DNA of 64,000 nucleotides from a bacterium (GTDB lineage Bacteria; Patescibacteriota; Minisyncoccia; Phycocordibacterales; UBA5272): NCBI GenBank assembly GCA_023267635.1, contig JAHFMX010000003.1, positions 26,139 to 90,138 of the forward strand, read 5' to 3'. Shown piece by piece: positions 37,712 to 46,846 of this stretch (position 1 is its first letter; each line of letters starts with the position of its first letter). The notes under the pieces were generated by a model. It saw only the letters and a program-made list of their open reading frames with translations, ran no database searches and was not told where the DNA came from. The position numbers and the translations under genes were made by a program.

Positions 37712-39214
37712 ATGAATAACACTTCATCAAAGTTGTTCAATCGTGATGGGTATATACCTATAAAAGAATATGTTAATGATATCCAGTGTATGAAAAATAA
37801 TGGGACTTGGAAATTGCCCCTTAGAATTATAGATTATCTCCACTTCTCCTTCTTGGTTATTGTAGTAAAGTTTTCTTGGTTTGCAGAAGCTTTATATATT
37901 ATTAATCCTAGTAAAGTTGGACCAGCTTTTACAGTACTTTTGGCTTTCCTAAAAAAGAAGTCTATTTTTGATTCTTACGTAGAAGGAAACTTACATTTTC
38001 GTGGCTATTTTTCTTACTATTTAGAAAAAAAAGTAAAAATAAATAACCACGTACGCATTATGAGTGGGCAAGGGGTTTCAGAAGACAAGGCAATAGCTCT
38101 TTCAAAAGCGTTAGGAGAAATGATTGAGAGGGCAGTTTCGGGGATGTATGATTTGAATAAAAAAATAAAAATAATTTCACTAAATGATCTCACTAAAAAG
38201 TTTCCTGTGATATACCCACCAAAGTACCATCGTTTTCTTAATATTCAGAAAAATAAGTTTGCAGAACTGCACTATGATCCAGCAAAAGCTATTGCGTGGG
38301 TAGAGGGCAAAAACTTAATTACAAATATAAAGACGTATATACCTAGAACCATGACGAGTTGGTTTACCGAAGAGAGTGATCTTGAGGAGGTCTTTATTAA
38401 TGCAACAACCAACGGTGCAGCAGGATACTTTACGAAAGATGGAGCTGCTTTACGAGGATTGCTTGAGGTTGTACAACGAGATGCTTTTTTAGTGCATTGG
38501 CTTACAACATTTCCTCCACAGATTGTTGCACAAGAAACACTTCCAAAGGACCTACAAGAAAAGGTTAAAGAATTTGAACTCTTCGGGATCTCAATCTATA
38601 TCTTAAATGTTACCTCTATTCCAATACCTTCCATCTTTATTGCCGCTATAAATAAAGAAGCAGAAACGCCCCAAGTTGTCTTAACGGGTGCCTCAGCTCT
38701 TACCTTTGAAGAGGCTATACATAACTCTTTAAGAGAGATGGTTTTAGGTTTGGAAATGTTTTATTATGTTGGCACTAAAGCACAGCTAAAATATAAGGAT
38801 ATTGAACCAGAGCCATTTATTGCTGATATCGGAAAAATTACAAGACAGTTATATTGGCGAGGAAACAAAAGGGTAAAACAGTTCGAGTGGTTCCTGTCAG
38901 GGGATAAGGTTTCATACAATAGCTTGTGTGAACAAGATTTAATCTCTGAAAAAACAGATTCCTGTCAACTTGAAGTATGTCTTGAGGTGTTAAAAAAATT
39001 AGGAAGCTCTTATTATCCCACTGTGTACTACCCAAAGAATAAAATTCAAGATGAATTAGGGTTTTATGTAGCTCAAATATTTATACCAAAAGCTTTTCCT
39101 CTATACCTCTCAGAATATTACGGTACATTTGATAGTGACAGATTAGAAGAATTTGCAGTATCAAAGGAGAATTTTAACTGGAAACTTAATCCCCTACCTC
39201 ACATGTTTCCTTAG
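37712..39214 (+). CDS. YcaO-domain cyclodehydratase (TOMM D protein)
   Basis: SGQGVSEDKAIALSKALGEMIERA ATP-binding YcaO motif, NATTNGAAGYFTKDGAALRGLLEVVQRDAF, proline-rich C-terminal tail PLPHMFP. Confidence 0.75.
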   Translation: MNNTSSKLFNRDGYIPIKEYVNDIQCMKNNGTWKLPLRIIDYLHFSFLVIVVKFSWFAEALYIINPSKVGPAFTVLLAFLKKKSIFDSYVEGNLHFRGYFSYYLEKKVKINNHVRIMSGQGVSEDKAIALSKALGEMIERAVSGMYDLNKKIKIISLNDLTKKFPVIYPPKYHRFLNIQKNKFAELHYDPAKAIAWVEGKNLITNIKTYIPRTMTSWFTEESDLEEVFINATTNGAAGYFTKDGAALRGLLEVVQRDAFLVHWLTTFPPQIVAQETLPKDLQEKVKEFELFGISIYILNVTSIPIPSIFIAAINKEAETPQVVLTGASALTFEEAIHNSLREMVLGLEMFYYVGTKAQLKYKDIEPEPFIADIGKITRQLYWRGNKRVKQFEWFLSGDKVSYNSLCEQDLISEKTDSCQLEVCLEVLKKLGSSYYPTVYYPKNKIQDELGFYVAQIFIPKAFPLYLSEYYGTFDSDRLEEFAVSKENFNWKLNPLPHMFP

Positions 39215-39277
39215 TTCTGTGGATAACCTAATTCACAGGAGCTTTTTACTTCTTCGCGTGGTGTATACTGTAGATAT

Positions 39278-39511
39278 ATGTTTCAAAAAGTAAAAAAAAC
39301 ACCTCTGCTTTTCTTAGGTATTTTATTCACAGGAACTCTTAGTGTTATTAGTCTTGTGTCCAGTTATACTCGTACAAGTTATTCCAAGGATGATTCTTTT
39401 TTTATTGCTACTGCTAATGCTGATCTTGGAAATTGGTCCTGGGGCGGCGGCGGCGGCGGCGATGGCTGTGGAGGGTGCTCTGGGGCGGGAGGAGATAGCG
39501 CAGGTGGTTAA
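39278..39511 (+). CDS. candidate TOMM precursor peptide with Gly/Cys/Ser-rich core (microcin B17-like)
   Basis: 77 aa; C-terminus GNWSWGGGGGGDGCGGCSGAGGDSAGG contains GCGGCS as in the McbA core; directly downstream of YcaO; N-terminal hydrophobic segment. Confidence 0.5.
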   Translation: MFQKVKKTPLLFLGILFTGTLSVISLVSSYTRTSYSKDDSFFIATANADLGNWSWGGGGGGDGCGGCSGAGGDSAGG

Positions 39512-39522
39512 TTTATAAAAAT

Positions 39523-40722
39523 ATGGAACCAATAAAAACAACAAGTAGTTCTTCTTATAAAAGAATAGGCACCATTGCCTTAAGTGTAATTGTTGTATTT
39601 TCTCTTTTATATATTTATATATATAATGCATCAAAAAATAAAACCCCTAAAAATGGAACTTCAAATGAAGAGCGTGTTAATGCTTATCGAATGAGTCTGC
39701 TTAGCAATGAGCCAGCCGCTCTTCAGGAAAATTTTGTAAAGGATGTTAAATTAGGGGTTAACGATATGTACACAAAATCAGATGTGTATTTTATCACACA
39801 TAGATTTTTTGATAATAATGGAAATATATATGAGATATATGATTTTATAGAACTTCACCCAGAACTTGCTTTCTTAAAAGAAGCCGAGACTATTTATCCA
39901 GGAGTCTTTGAAAAAATAAAAAACAGAACCCTCTCTTCTATTGCTACAGATTCTGGTTACTATGCTTATCTTGCATATGTAGAAATCTTAATGAAATATG
40001 GCTATACAGATATTGCAGCAGTCGGAACTGCTGCTGGTCAGTATGCTAAACTTGCTTATGTTACAACAGAAATAGCAAAAGAAATGCCTAAAAATGAAGG
40101 GGTTGAACGTTCAAAATACGCAAAAAGAAATATTAAAAAATCTGCAGATTTTTTAGTGTTTGCTACAAAAGATGTTGAAAGAATACTCAACGGAGAATTA
40201 ACTTCAAAGGATATCATCCCTCAAGATATTCTCGTGGGACTTAATCAATATGCTGCCGCGCTACGATATCGTGAAGCGCTCGGGTTTAAACATTTTTCAC
40301 CTAAAATGGTAGAGTCACTTAACAAAATTGGAGTTAAGGCATCTTCAATAAAAACACCAGAACAGATCTTTGCTTTCACAACAGAGTACTCTCATCGCTT
40401 TGTGCCTGAATTAAATCTATTTACGTCTCTCTTAAATGCTTCGACACTGGCCATTTTAGCATCAAGCACTCCTCAGGATATAAAAGTTGCCCTGTATCCT
40501 CTTCTTGATTTTGATACAAAGAATACTAGAAATGCTAATTTTTTAAAGATAGGAATTATTCCTAAAATATTAGACTCAAGATTTGAGAAAAAGCCTGATA
40601 ACATAGGGGAAACCGCAATGGATATTTATAGCAAAAGAAATACCTTAAGACTTGCAAACAAAGTCCCAGAATTCAAAGCCTGGCTCATGTTAAATGGGTG
40701 GGTTGAAGCTGATTTTAAGTAA
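39523..40722 (+). CDS. membrane-anchored hypothetical protein, paralog A (399 aa)
   Basis: N-terminal TM anchor; shares LAFLKEAETIYP block and identical C-terminal 19 aa VPEFKAWLMLNGWVEADFK with the next gene. Confidence 0.5.
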   Translation: MEPIKTTSSSSYKRIGTIALSVIVVFSLLYIYIYNASKNKTPKNGTSNEERVNAYRMSLLSNEPAALQENFVKDVKLGVNDMYTKSDVYFITHRFFDNNGNIYEIYDFIELHPELAFLKEAETIYPGVFEKIKNRTLSSIATDSGYYAYLAYVEILMKYGYTDIAAVGTAAGQYAKLAYVTTEIAKEMPKNEGVERSKYAKRNIKKSADFLVFATKDVERILNGELTSKDIIPQDILVGLNQYAAALRYREALGFKHFSPKMVESLNKIGVKASSIKTPEQIFAFTTEYSHRFVPELNLFTSLLNASTLAILASSTPQDIKVALYPLLDFDTKNTRNANFLKIGIIPKILDSRFEKKPDNIGETAMDIYSKRNTLRLANKVPEFKAWLMLNGWVEADFK

Positions 40723-41854
40723 TTTCTTGAAAGCTAAACTACTAAAAAGTCTAAAAAAGAGGAAAAATGTAGCCCTCCTATGTCTAGCGGTATTGTTTCT
40801 TACGTCAGGGGTGCTTTTCTATGAGAAAGTTATTTTGTCACAAATTAGAGCAACAGAGTATCAAAACGCCATTCAGGAAAATCTTTTCCAAAATAACCCA
40901 CAATCACTTCAAGCTTTTTTTGTAAGAGACATTGCAAATGGTGTGAATGATATGTATACAAAATCAGTTGCGCATTTTCTTGTCCGTAGATATTTTAATA
41001 ACGGTGGAAATATTTACGAGGTATTTAATTATGTGGATAGCCACAAAGAATTAGCTTTCTTAAAAGAAGCCGAGACTATTTATCCTGAAATGTTTGAATT
41101 TGTGAAAAATAAACGATTACCTTTTACATATTCTGATCAAGGTATGTACGCTTCTCTTGCTTATTTTGAAATCTTAGAAAGAAATAATTATGCAGATATT
41201 TCAACACTCGGGACAGTTGCAAATCAGTATGCAAAAATGGCCTATTACAAAGAGCTTATTCTAGACAATCAGTCTAAAGGTAAAGATCTAGATTACCCAA
41301 AATATAGTAAAAGCCAAGTTCAAAACGACACCAATAAAGCTATTCTTTTTATAAAAAAATCTCAAGGAACCATCACAAAAATTGTTGAAGAAAAATTAAC
41401 CGCAAAAGACATTCCTAGTTTTAATATCTTGATTGGTGCCGTGGAGTATGCTTCTGCTTTAAGATATTTTCAAGCCCTAAATGTTGATTTCTCTTCAGTA
41501 ATTTCATCAGAAAAAGTTTTCGTCTTCGCAGTATCGTATTCGTATCACTTTCTCCCAGAGGCTTATTTATCTACGTCTCTTACAAATGCTGCGACTCTCC
41601 TTTTGATTGAATCAACTAACAGCAATCAGCTACGATCTGCAATCTACCCCTTTCTTGACCTTAGTTCAAAGGTAAATAAAAAAACAGGAAGTATTTTAGA
41701 TAAGGTTTTGAAAGCAAAATTTAAAGAATCTGTATCAAGATTTGAAGATTTGAATATATATAGCACTATTAATATAGTAAAAATTGCAAACATAGTCCCA
41801 GAATTCAAAGCCTGGCTTATGTTAAATGGATGGGTTGAAGCTGATTTTAAGTAA
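40694..41854 (+). CDS. membrane-anchored hypothetical protein, paralog B (386 aa; start uncertain, possibly TTG 40729)
   Basis: Paralog of preceding gene with the same C-terminus; the called ATG lies inside the previous gene. Confidence 0.45.
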   Translation: MGGLKLILSNFLKAKLLKSLKKRKNVALLCLAVLFLTSGVLFYEKVILSQIRATEYQNAIQENLFQNNPQSLQAFFVRDIANGVNDMYTKSVAHFLVRRYFNNGGNIYEVFNYVDSHKELAFLKEAETIYPEMFEFVKNKRLPFTYSDQGMYASLAYFEILERNNYADISTLGTVANQYAKMAYYKELILDNQSKGKDLDYPKYSKSQVQNDTNKAILFIKKSQGTITKIVEEKLTAKDIPSFNILIGAVEYASALRYFQALNVDFSSVISSEKVFVFAVSYSYHFLPEAYLSTSLTNAATLLLIESTNSNQLRSAIYPFLDLSSKVNKKTGSILDKVLKAKFKESVSRFEDLNIYSTINIVKIANIVPEFKAWLMLNGWVEADFK

Positions 41855-41869
41855 TTTCTTGAAAGCTAA

Positions 41870-42577
41870 CTAACTATTTTTAATAGTTATTCTTGGAATT
41901 GTTATACCATTTGAGAGTGAAAGTATGAGCTCTATTGTGTCAACAGTTCTTTCAACGTACATAATCTCAAGAGCTTCCTTTCTTAGGGTATCTTTTGTAT
42001 ATAATTTTCTATTTACCTTCTCGTAAAGTATTTCAGTTACTGGTATTGAGTCCTTTTTTAGATTTTTTGTTAAAAATCTACTAAACGAAGTTACTGTACC
42101 ATTGCTTAAACTATTTATTAGTCCTGTATTTTTTGAACGAAAATCACTATACAAATTCATGTTAATAATTAATCCACCTGCCTGCTTTTTCATTAAAGGT
42201 ATCACAGCTTTAGAAACAAGTATTGGCCCTAAAAGATTCATCTCTAGAAGTTTTTTTATTTCTTTTTCATTGCTATTTTCTAGTTTAGTATCAGCAACTA
42301 AATAACTACCGTTAATCAAACAATCAATTGATCCGTAGGTTTCCATGATTTTTTGCAGGACACTTTCTATGTTTAAGAGACTTGTTGTATCCATTGCAAT
42401 ACCCTCACACTTTACTCCTTGAGTAGTTTTTACACCCTGTTCCACAGGGTGAGGTGTACATATTATTACTCTATACTTAGAAGTAAGTCTTTTTGCTAAA
42501 GCTTTTGCAAGATCGTCTATGCCATTGATAATAAGTATAACCTTCATATTCAATAGTTTACCATATTGAGATGGCAA
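41870..42577 (-). CDS. SDR-like Rossmann-fold protein with degenerate cofactor and catalytic motifs
   Basis: IDCLINGSY...NLLGPILVSKAVIPLMKKQAGGLIINMN matches the SDR central segment; Gly-rich TGxxxGxG replaced. Confidence 0.45.
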   Translation of the reverse strand: MPSQYGKLLNMKVILIINGIDDLAKALAKRLTSKYRVIICTPHPVEQGVKTTQGVKCEGIAMDTTSLLNIESVLQKIMETYGSIDCLINGSYLVADTKLENSNEKEIKKLLEMNLLGPILVSKAVIPLMKKQAGGLIINMNLYSDFRSKNTGLINSLSNGTVTSFSRFLTKNLKKDSIPVTEILYEKVNRKLYTKDTLRKEALEIMYVERTVDTIELILSLSNGITIPRITIKNS

Positions 42578-42852
42578 TAAATAAAATCTTCACAGCAAGC
42601 TGACGAGATGTCATGTGTCGTTGGCAGGGGATCAATATCCAAATCCCCGATCTGTTTATGGTCGACAGACATCCGGGGGGGGGTATTTGTTACACAGTGA
42701 GTTGTATTGGAGTTAGACTATAAAAAAATGGATTAAAAATCAAATAAACCTTGTAAGGCTTTGATTAAAGTAGTGTACTTTGAATACTGTTATTTTATGT
42801 TGATTAGTGTGTGGTATGTTAGTATGTAGAAGTAAGTTCTTTTAAATAGGAG

Positions 42853-44283
42853 ATGAAAATGCAAATGTTTACGCAAACTCAAGGCCTTGTCATATTAGCT
42901 GTATACGCTCTTATGCTTTACGCTGTCATCTGGTCTTTCTCAAGAGGATTCCGTTTCAGTAAGCTAAACTTTTTAGTAGCTGGGAGGGAAATAGGTAAAA
43001 TCCCAGCTGCTTTTTCAATCGCCGCCACATGGATTTGGGCACCCTCCCTTTTTGTGTCTTCGGAAAAAGCCTACACCCAAGGTTGGGTTGGTTTGTTTTG
43101 GTTCCTTGTGCCAAACATAAGTTGTTTGATCTTGTTTTCCTTTTTCGCTAAGAAAATCCGATCGTTGTTTCCAGATGGTTTTACGCTGTCTGGTTATATG
43201 AAAGAACGTTATTCCAAGCGAGTTCACTTTGTTTATTTGTTTGCTTTAACAGGTTTGGCTACTTGTTCTTTTGCTGTTCAACTGCTTGCTGGAGGACAAA
43301 TAATCTCAACAATAAGTGGTTTGCCTTATGTAACGGTAACAATCATCCTGGCCTTAATACCCGTTGGCTATTCGTTATATTCTGGACTTAGGGCTTCAAT
43401 CATTAGTGATTTTGTTCAAATGGTTGTGATTTTGCTTGTTGGACTAGGAGTGGTTTTGGGGGCTGTTTATGCAAGCGGTGGTATCGAAACGGTCTGGAAA
43501 GGCTTAAATGGAAAAACTGGCACGTATACAGATTTGTTTTCTGGCGATGGTTTGAATGTTTTTTACACGTTTGGCATACCAGTTACTATCGGTTTGTTGT
43601 CTGGGCCATTTGGAGATCAGAGCTTTTGGCAAAGAGCCTTTTCGATAAAAAGAAAAGTTGTACAACCTGCTTTTGTGATTGCCGCCTTTGTGTTTGGGGT
43701 TGTGCCGCTGACTCTTTCGGTGCTTGGTTTTATCGCTGCAGGGACAGGGATAAACATAAAAAATACATCCCAAGTGAATATGGAAGTGGTGGCAAATTTC
43801 CTCCCGGGATGGGTGATTGTTCCTTTTGTTTATTTGTTGCTTTCTGGTTTAGTGTCGACTCTTGACTCTAACCTGTCGGCAATATCAAGTCTTGCCGGAC
43901 ATGATATCCTTGAACGGAAGAAAGGGGACAGTGCCAACAGGAGAGACGTCCTAAGGTATTCAAAAGGCTCGATGTTGATTTTGGTCGTTGGTGGCATTGC
44001 CATTGCCAATATTCCAGGACTGACCATTCTCTACTTGTTTCTGTTTTATGGAACACTTAGGTCGTCGACATTGCTCCCGACAATTATTACCCTCCTGAAG
44101 AAAGATGTGAGTGAAGTTGGAATGTTCTGGGGCATAATCACATCTCTTTCCGTTGGACTTCCGATTTTTGCTTATGGGAATCTACATAAAGTTGTTCCAA
44201 TGGTTATCGGGGGTTCCTTGTTTACTGTTCTGGCCTCTGGGGTAATAGTTCTTGTGGTTAGTTTTGCTGTAAGAAAAAAATAG
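42853..44283 (+). CDS. sodium:solute symporter family (SSF) transporter
   Basis: About 13 TM helices, SSF-like N-terminal region; RBS taggag. Confidence 0.55.
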   Translation: MKMQMFTQTQGLVILAVYALMLYAVIWSFSRGFRFSKLNFLVAGREIGKIPAAFSIAATWIWAPSLFVSSEKAYTQGWVGLFWFLVPNISCLILFSFFAKKIRSLFPDGFTLSGYMKERYSKRVHFVYLFALTGLATCSFAVQLLAGGQIISTISGLPYVTVTIILALIPVGYSLYSGLRASIISDFVQMVVILLVGLGVVLGAVYASGGIETVWKGLNGKTGTYTDLFSGDGLNVFYTFGIPVTIGLLSGPFGDQSFWQRAFSIKRKVVQPAFVIAAFVFGVVPLTLSVLGFIAAGTGINIKNTSQVNMEVVANFLPGWVIVPFVYLLLSGLVSTLDSNLSAISSLAGHDILERKKGDSANRRDVLRYSKGSMLILVVGGIAIANIPGLTILYLFLFYGTLRSSTLLPTIITLLKKDVSEVGMFWGIITSLSVGLPIFAYGNLHKVVPMVIGGSLFTVLASGVIVLVVSFAVRKK

Positions 44284-44360
44284 TAGGAGGTGTTTCCTTT
44301 AGTAAGGGGCGATATTTAATTTATATCGCCCTTTTTATTTTTTTAAGTTATAATTAAAAA

Positions 44361-45053
44361 ATGAACATCCTAAAATTTTTTAGTAAAAGAAAAAAAGAAA
44401 AAGACTTCACCTACAAGTATTATTGTTTATTAGACATCAATACTAGCGGTTTATTAGTTATAAGAAAAAATTTTCAGTGCATGAATTTTCTTAAAGAATA
44501 TACACTAGACACCACTTTGGTTGGGCTTTTTTCCTCAAATTTTTTTGAGGAAAAGTTTTTCTCTAGGTTAGAAACTTCATCTGACTGTTACCGTTTTCGT
44601 TGGGATTCTAGTAAAAATCTATTTGTGAAAAATAAAAATATTACTAATTTATTACAGGAAAAATCTTTTCTTGCTAGTACGAAATATGATCTGTTGGAGG
44701 ATATTTCTTCACGGATAATCTCTTTTAGAGGTCGTGTAAAAAAAACTTTACCTTATCAAGAAACAATATATTTAACAAAAAAACATCAAGCAGAGAGATT
44801 TAAGGACAGAGGATATCCTGAGAGTGAATTGCTAGAATACCCCTATGTTTTACAATATGCTGATTTGAAAAAAATATCACTCAAACAAGCAGCAGATACG
44901 ATATTACTCAAATCAAGTATTGATGATGGAATGTTAGCAAAAACAGAGCTTTTACGACTCAAGTATTTTAATAAAGTAAGAGAATCCTCTTCTAAGGAAG
45001 AATTAGAAAATACGCACAAAGAATTTTTGTTAGATTTTAATATTAAAATATGA
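44361..45053 (+). CDS. hypothetical protein (translationally coupled to the next gene)
   Basis: Stop overlaps start of the 45050 gene; no motif. Confidence 0.4.
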   Translation: MNILKFFSKRKKEKDFTYKYYCLLDINTSGLLVIRKNFQCMNFLKEYTLDTTLVGLFSSNFFEEKFFSRLETSSDCYRFRWDSSKNLFVKNKNITNLLQEKSFLASTKYDLLEDISSRIISFRGRVKKTLPYQETIYLTKKHQAERFKDRGYPESELLEYPYVLQYADLKKISLKQAADTILLKSSIDDGMLAKTELLRLKYFNKVRESSSKEELENTHKEFLLDFNIKI

Positions 45054-46144
45054 ATAAATTGTTGTATTATAAACCGCGGATAGTTAATGATGTCGAAAAT
45101 TATGATCTCCCAGGAATTAAAAAATTCTCTCATTTTTTCAAGATTTTCGCACATGACGTTGTTATTGTAGACAGAACAAAAACAATAAAAGTACCAGTTC
45201 ATACCAAAATTTTATTTCCAATACCAAAATTTAGGTTAATGTCTAAGACATACGAAGAAATTTGTAACGAAAGAGCGATAGAGTTGTTAAATAAAGCAGA
45301 CACAATGAAAGTAAGTCTATGTGTTTTCTACTCGGGAGGCATTGATTCTACACTGGTTATGGTTTCCTTGCTTAAAAATGCTACGGAAGAGCAAAAGAAA
45401 AATATAGTAGTATTACTCTCCGAGGAGTCAATTTCAGAAAATCCTAATTTTTACAAAGAGTACATACAAGGAAAACTTAAAGTGGAGTCGTCTGCAAATT
45501 TCCCGTATATAGTCGGGACAAATGCTCTACTTGTAACAGGGGAGCACAATGATCAATTATTTGGCTCTGATGCTGTTGGTAATCTTATGAGAATTTTTGG
45601 AGAAGAGATTATAAATAAACCCTATGATAGAAATTTATTTATAAAATTTTTCAATACTATTGAGAATGATATTGAAATGAATACTTTCTATGTAGATTTG
45701 TTTGAAAAATTGTGTGCTAATGCTCCAGTTCAAATAAAAACAAATTTTCAGTTTCTTTGGTGGATTAATTTTTCTTTGAAATGGCAAACTGTTTTTATGA
45801 GAGTTCTTGTGTTCACCGCTAATCGTAATGTATCAAAAATTACACCAGAATATATAAGTACAAATTATTTTACTTTTTACAATACTGAGGATTTTCAATT
45901 ATGGAGCATGAATAATTTAGATAAAAGAATAAAAAACACTTGGAGCAGTTATAAATGGGTATGTAAAGATATTATTTACGAATACACAAAGGATGCAGAT
46001 TATCGAGATAACAAAACAAAGGTTGGGTCATTAGCTAAAATAATGATTGGTAGCGGCTCTTACAATTTTATAGATGATGCTTATCATTTCTATAAAGAAT
46101 TACCTGTAGAAGAATATTATAACGAGGATAATGATTTTGTATAA
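45050..46144 (+). CDS. PP-loop ATP pyrophosphatase, asparagine-synthetase-like domain without glutaminase domain
   Basis: KADTMKVSLCVFYSGGIDSTLVMVSLL matches AsnB C-domain SGGxDS PP-loop. Confidence 0.5.
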   Translation: MNKLLYYKPRIVNDVENYDLPGIKKFSHFFKIFAHDVVIVDRTKTIKVPVHTKILFPIPKFRLMSKTYEEICNERAIELLNKADTMKVSLCVFYSGGIDSTLVMVSLLKNATEEQKKNIVVLLSEESISENPNFYKEYIQGKLKVESSANFPYIVGTNALLVTGEHNDQLFGSDAVGNLMRIFGEEIINKPYDRNLFIKFFNTIENDIEMNTFYVDLFEKLCANAPVQIKTNFQFLWWINFSLKWQTVFMRVLVFTANRNVSKITPEYISTNYFTFYNTEDFQLWSMNNLDKRIKNTWSSYKWVCKDIIYEYTKDADYRDNKTKVGSLAKIMIGSGSYNFIDDAYHFYKELPVEEYYNEDNDFV

Positions 46145-46211
46145 ACTACTTTAAATTTTGGAATTTGTACTATATGTGATGTAAATCTTTTTAGGATAGA
46201 ATACGGCCACT

Positions 46212-46388
46212 ATGAAGCAGAAAATTAAGGCATTGTGGGTACTGTTAGCAGTTGTGGCGCTTGGCGTCTTTTTACTAAAGGCTAATCCATCTGCTGGATC
46301 TCTTGCAGATGGACGCCCGTCCGCCGTAGGCGGATTAGGGGGAGGGTTCGTTTTAGGTCTTGATTTAGCAGGTGGATCAGCACTCTAA
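46212..46388 (+). pseudogene. secD 5' fragment (58 codons) left by insertion
   Basis: First about 25 codons are 93 percent nucleotide-identical to intact secD at 48022; then a 69-nt divergent insert, the VLGLDLAGGSA motif and a stop. Confidence 0.7.
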
Positions 46389-46418
46389 CTAAATAACCAT
46401 TGATTTTCTGAAACGAAA

Positions 46419-46448
46419 AGCACGACACCGAAGGTGTTGTGCTTTTTA
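46419..46448 (+). terminator. Rho-independent terminator
   Basis: agcacgacacc gaa ggtgttgtgct ttttaa. Confidence 0.55.
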
Positions 46449-46514
46449 ATTTATTGCGCGTAGCTTTTCTTTAGGTATTAACTGCTTGGGTGTTGATGTA
46501 TTGGTTAAAGTAGT

Positions 46515-46552
46515 GTACTCTCCTGTAAAGTACTAACTTTACAGGAGAGTAC
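46515..46552 (+). promoter_or_regulatory. 17-bp perfect hairpin sequestering the RBS of ORF 46554
   Basis: gtactctcctgtaaagt acta actttacaggagagtac; ggagag SD lies in the 3' arm, ATG 2 nt after the hairpin. Confidence 0.4.
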
Positions 46553-46553
46553 A

Positions 46554-46742
46554 ATGAAGGTTCGTAAGATGAAGCATAGGCTTCCCTCGATAACTGATGT
46601 TATCTGCTACCGAGATAGGCACGGCGTAGTGACCAAGACGTGTCATAAAACTCCTCAAGGTCACTACATTACTACAATTGCAGTTGGTCCGCCTTCCATG
46701 TCAACCAAAGAGGCTATACGGTTGGCAAAGTTGCAAACGTGA
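46554..46742 (+). CDS. small basic hypothetical protein (62 aa)
   Basis: ORF preceded by SD within hairpin; no family recognised. Confidence 0.35.
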   Translation: MKVRKMKHRLPSITDVICYRDRHGVVTKTCHKTPQGHYITTIAVGPPSMSTKEAIRLAKLQT

Positions 46743-46846
46743 GGAGGATAATTGTTTACTTTGCGAGCGCGGACTACGTCCGCGCTTTTCTTTTTATCCC
46801 CACAAAATTATTGTATATAGAACGAATGTTCTAGTATACTTACACC

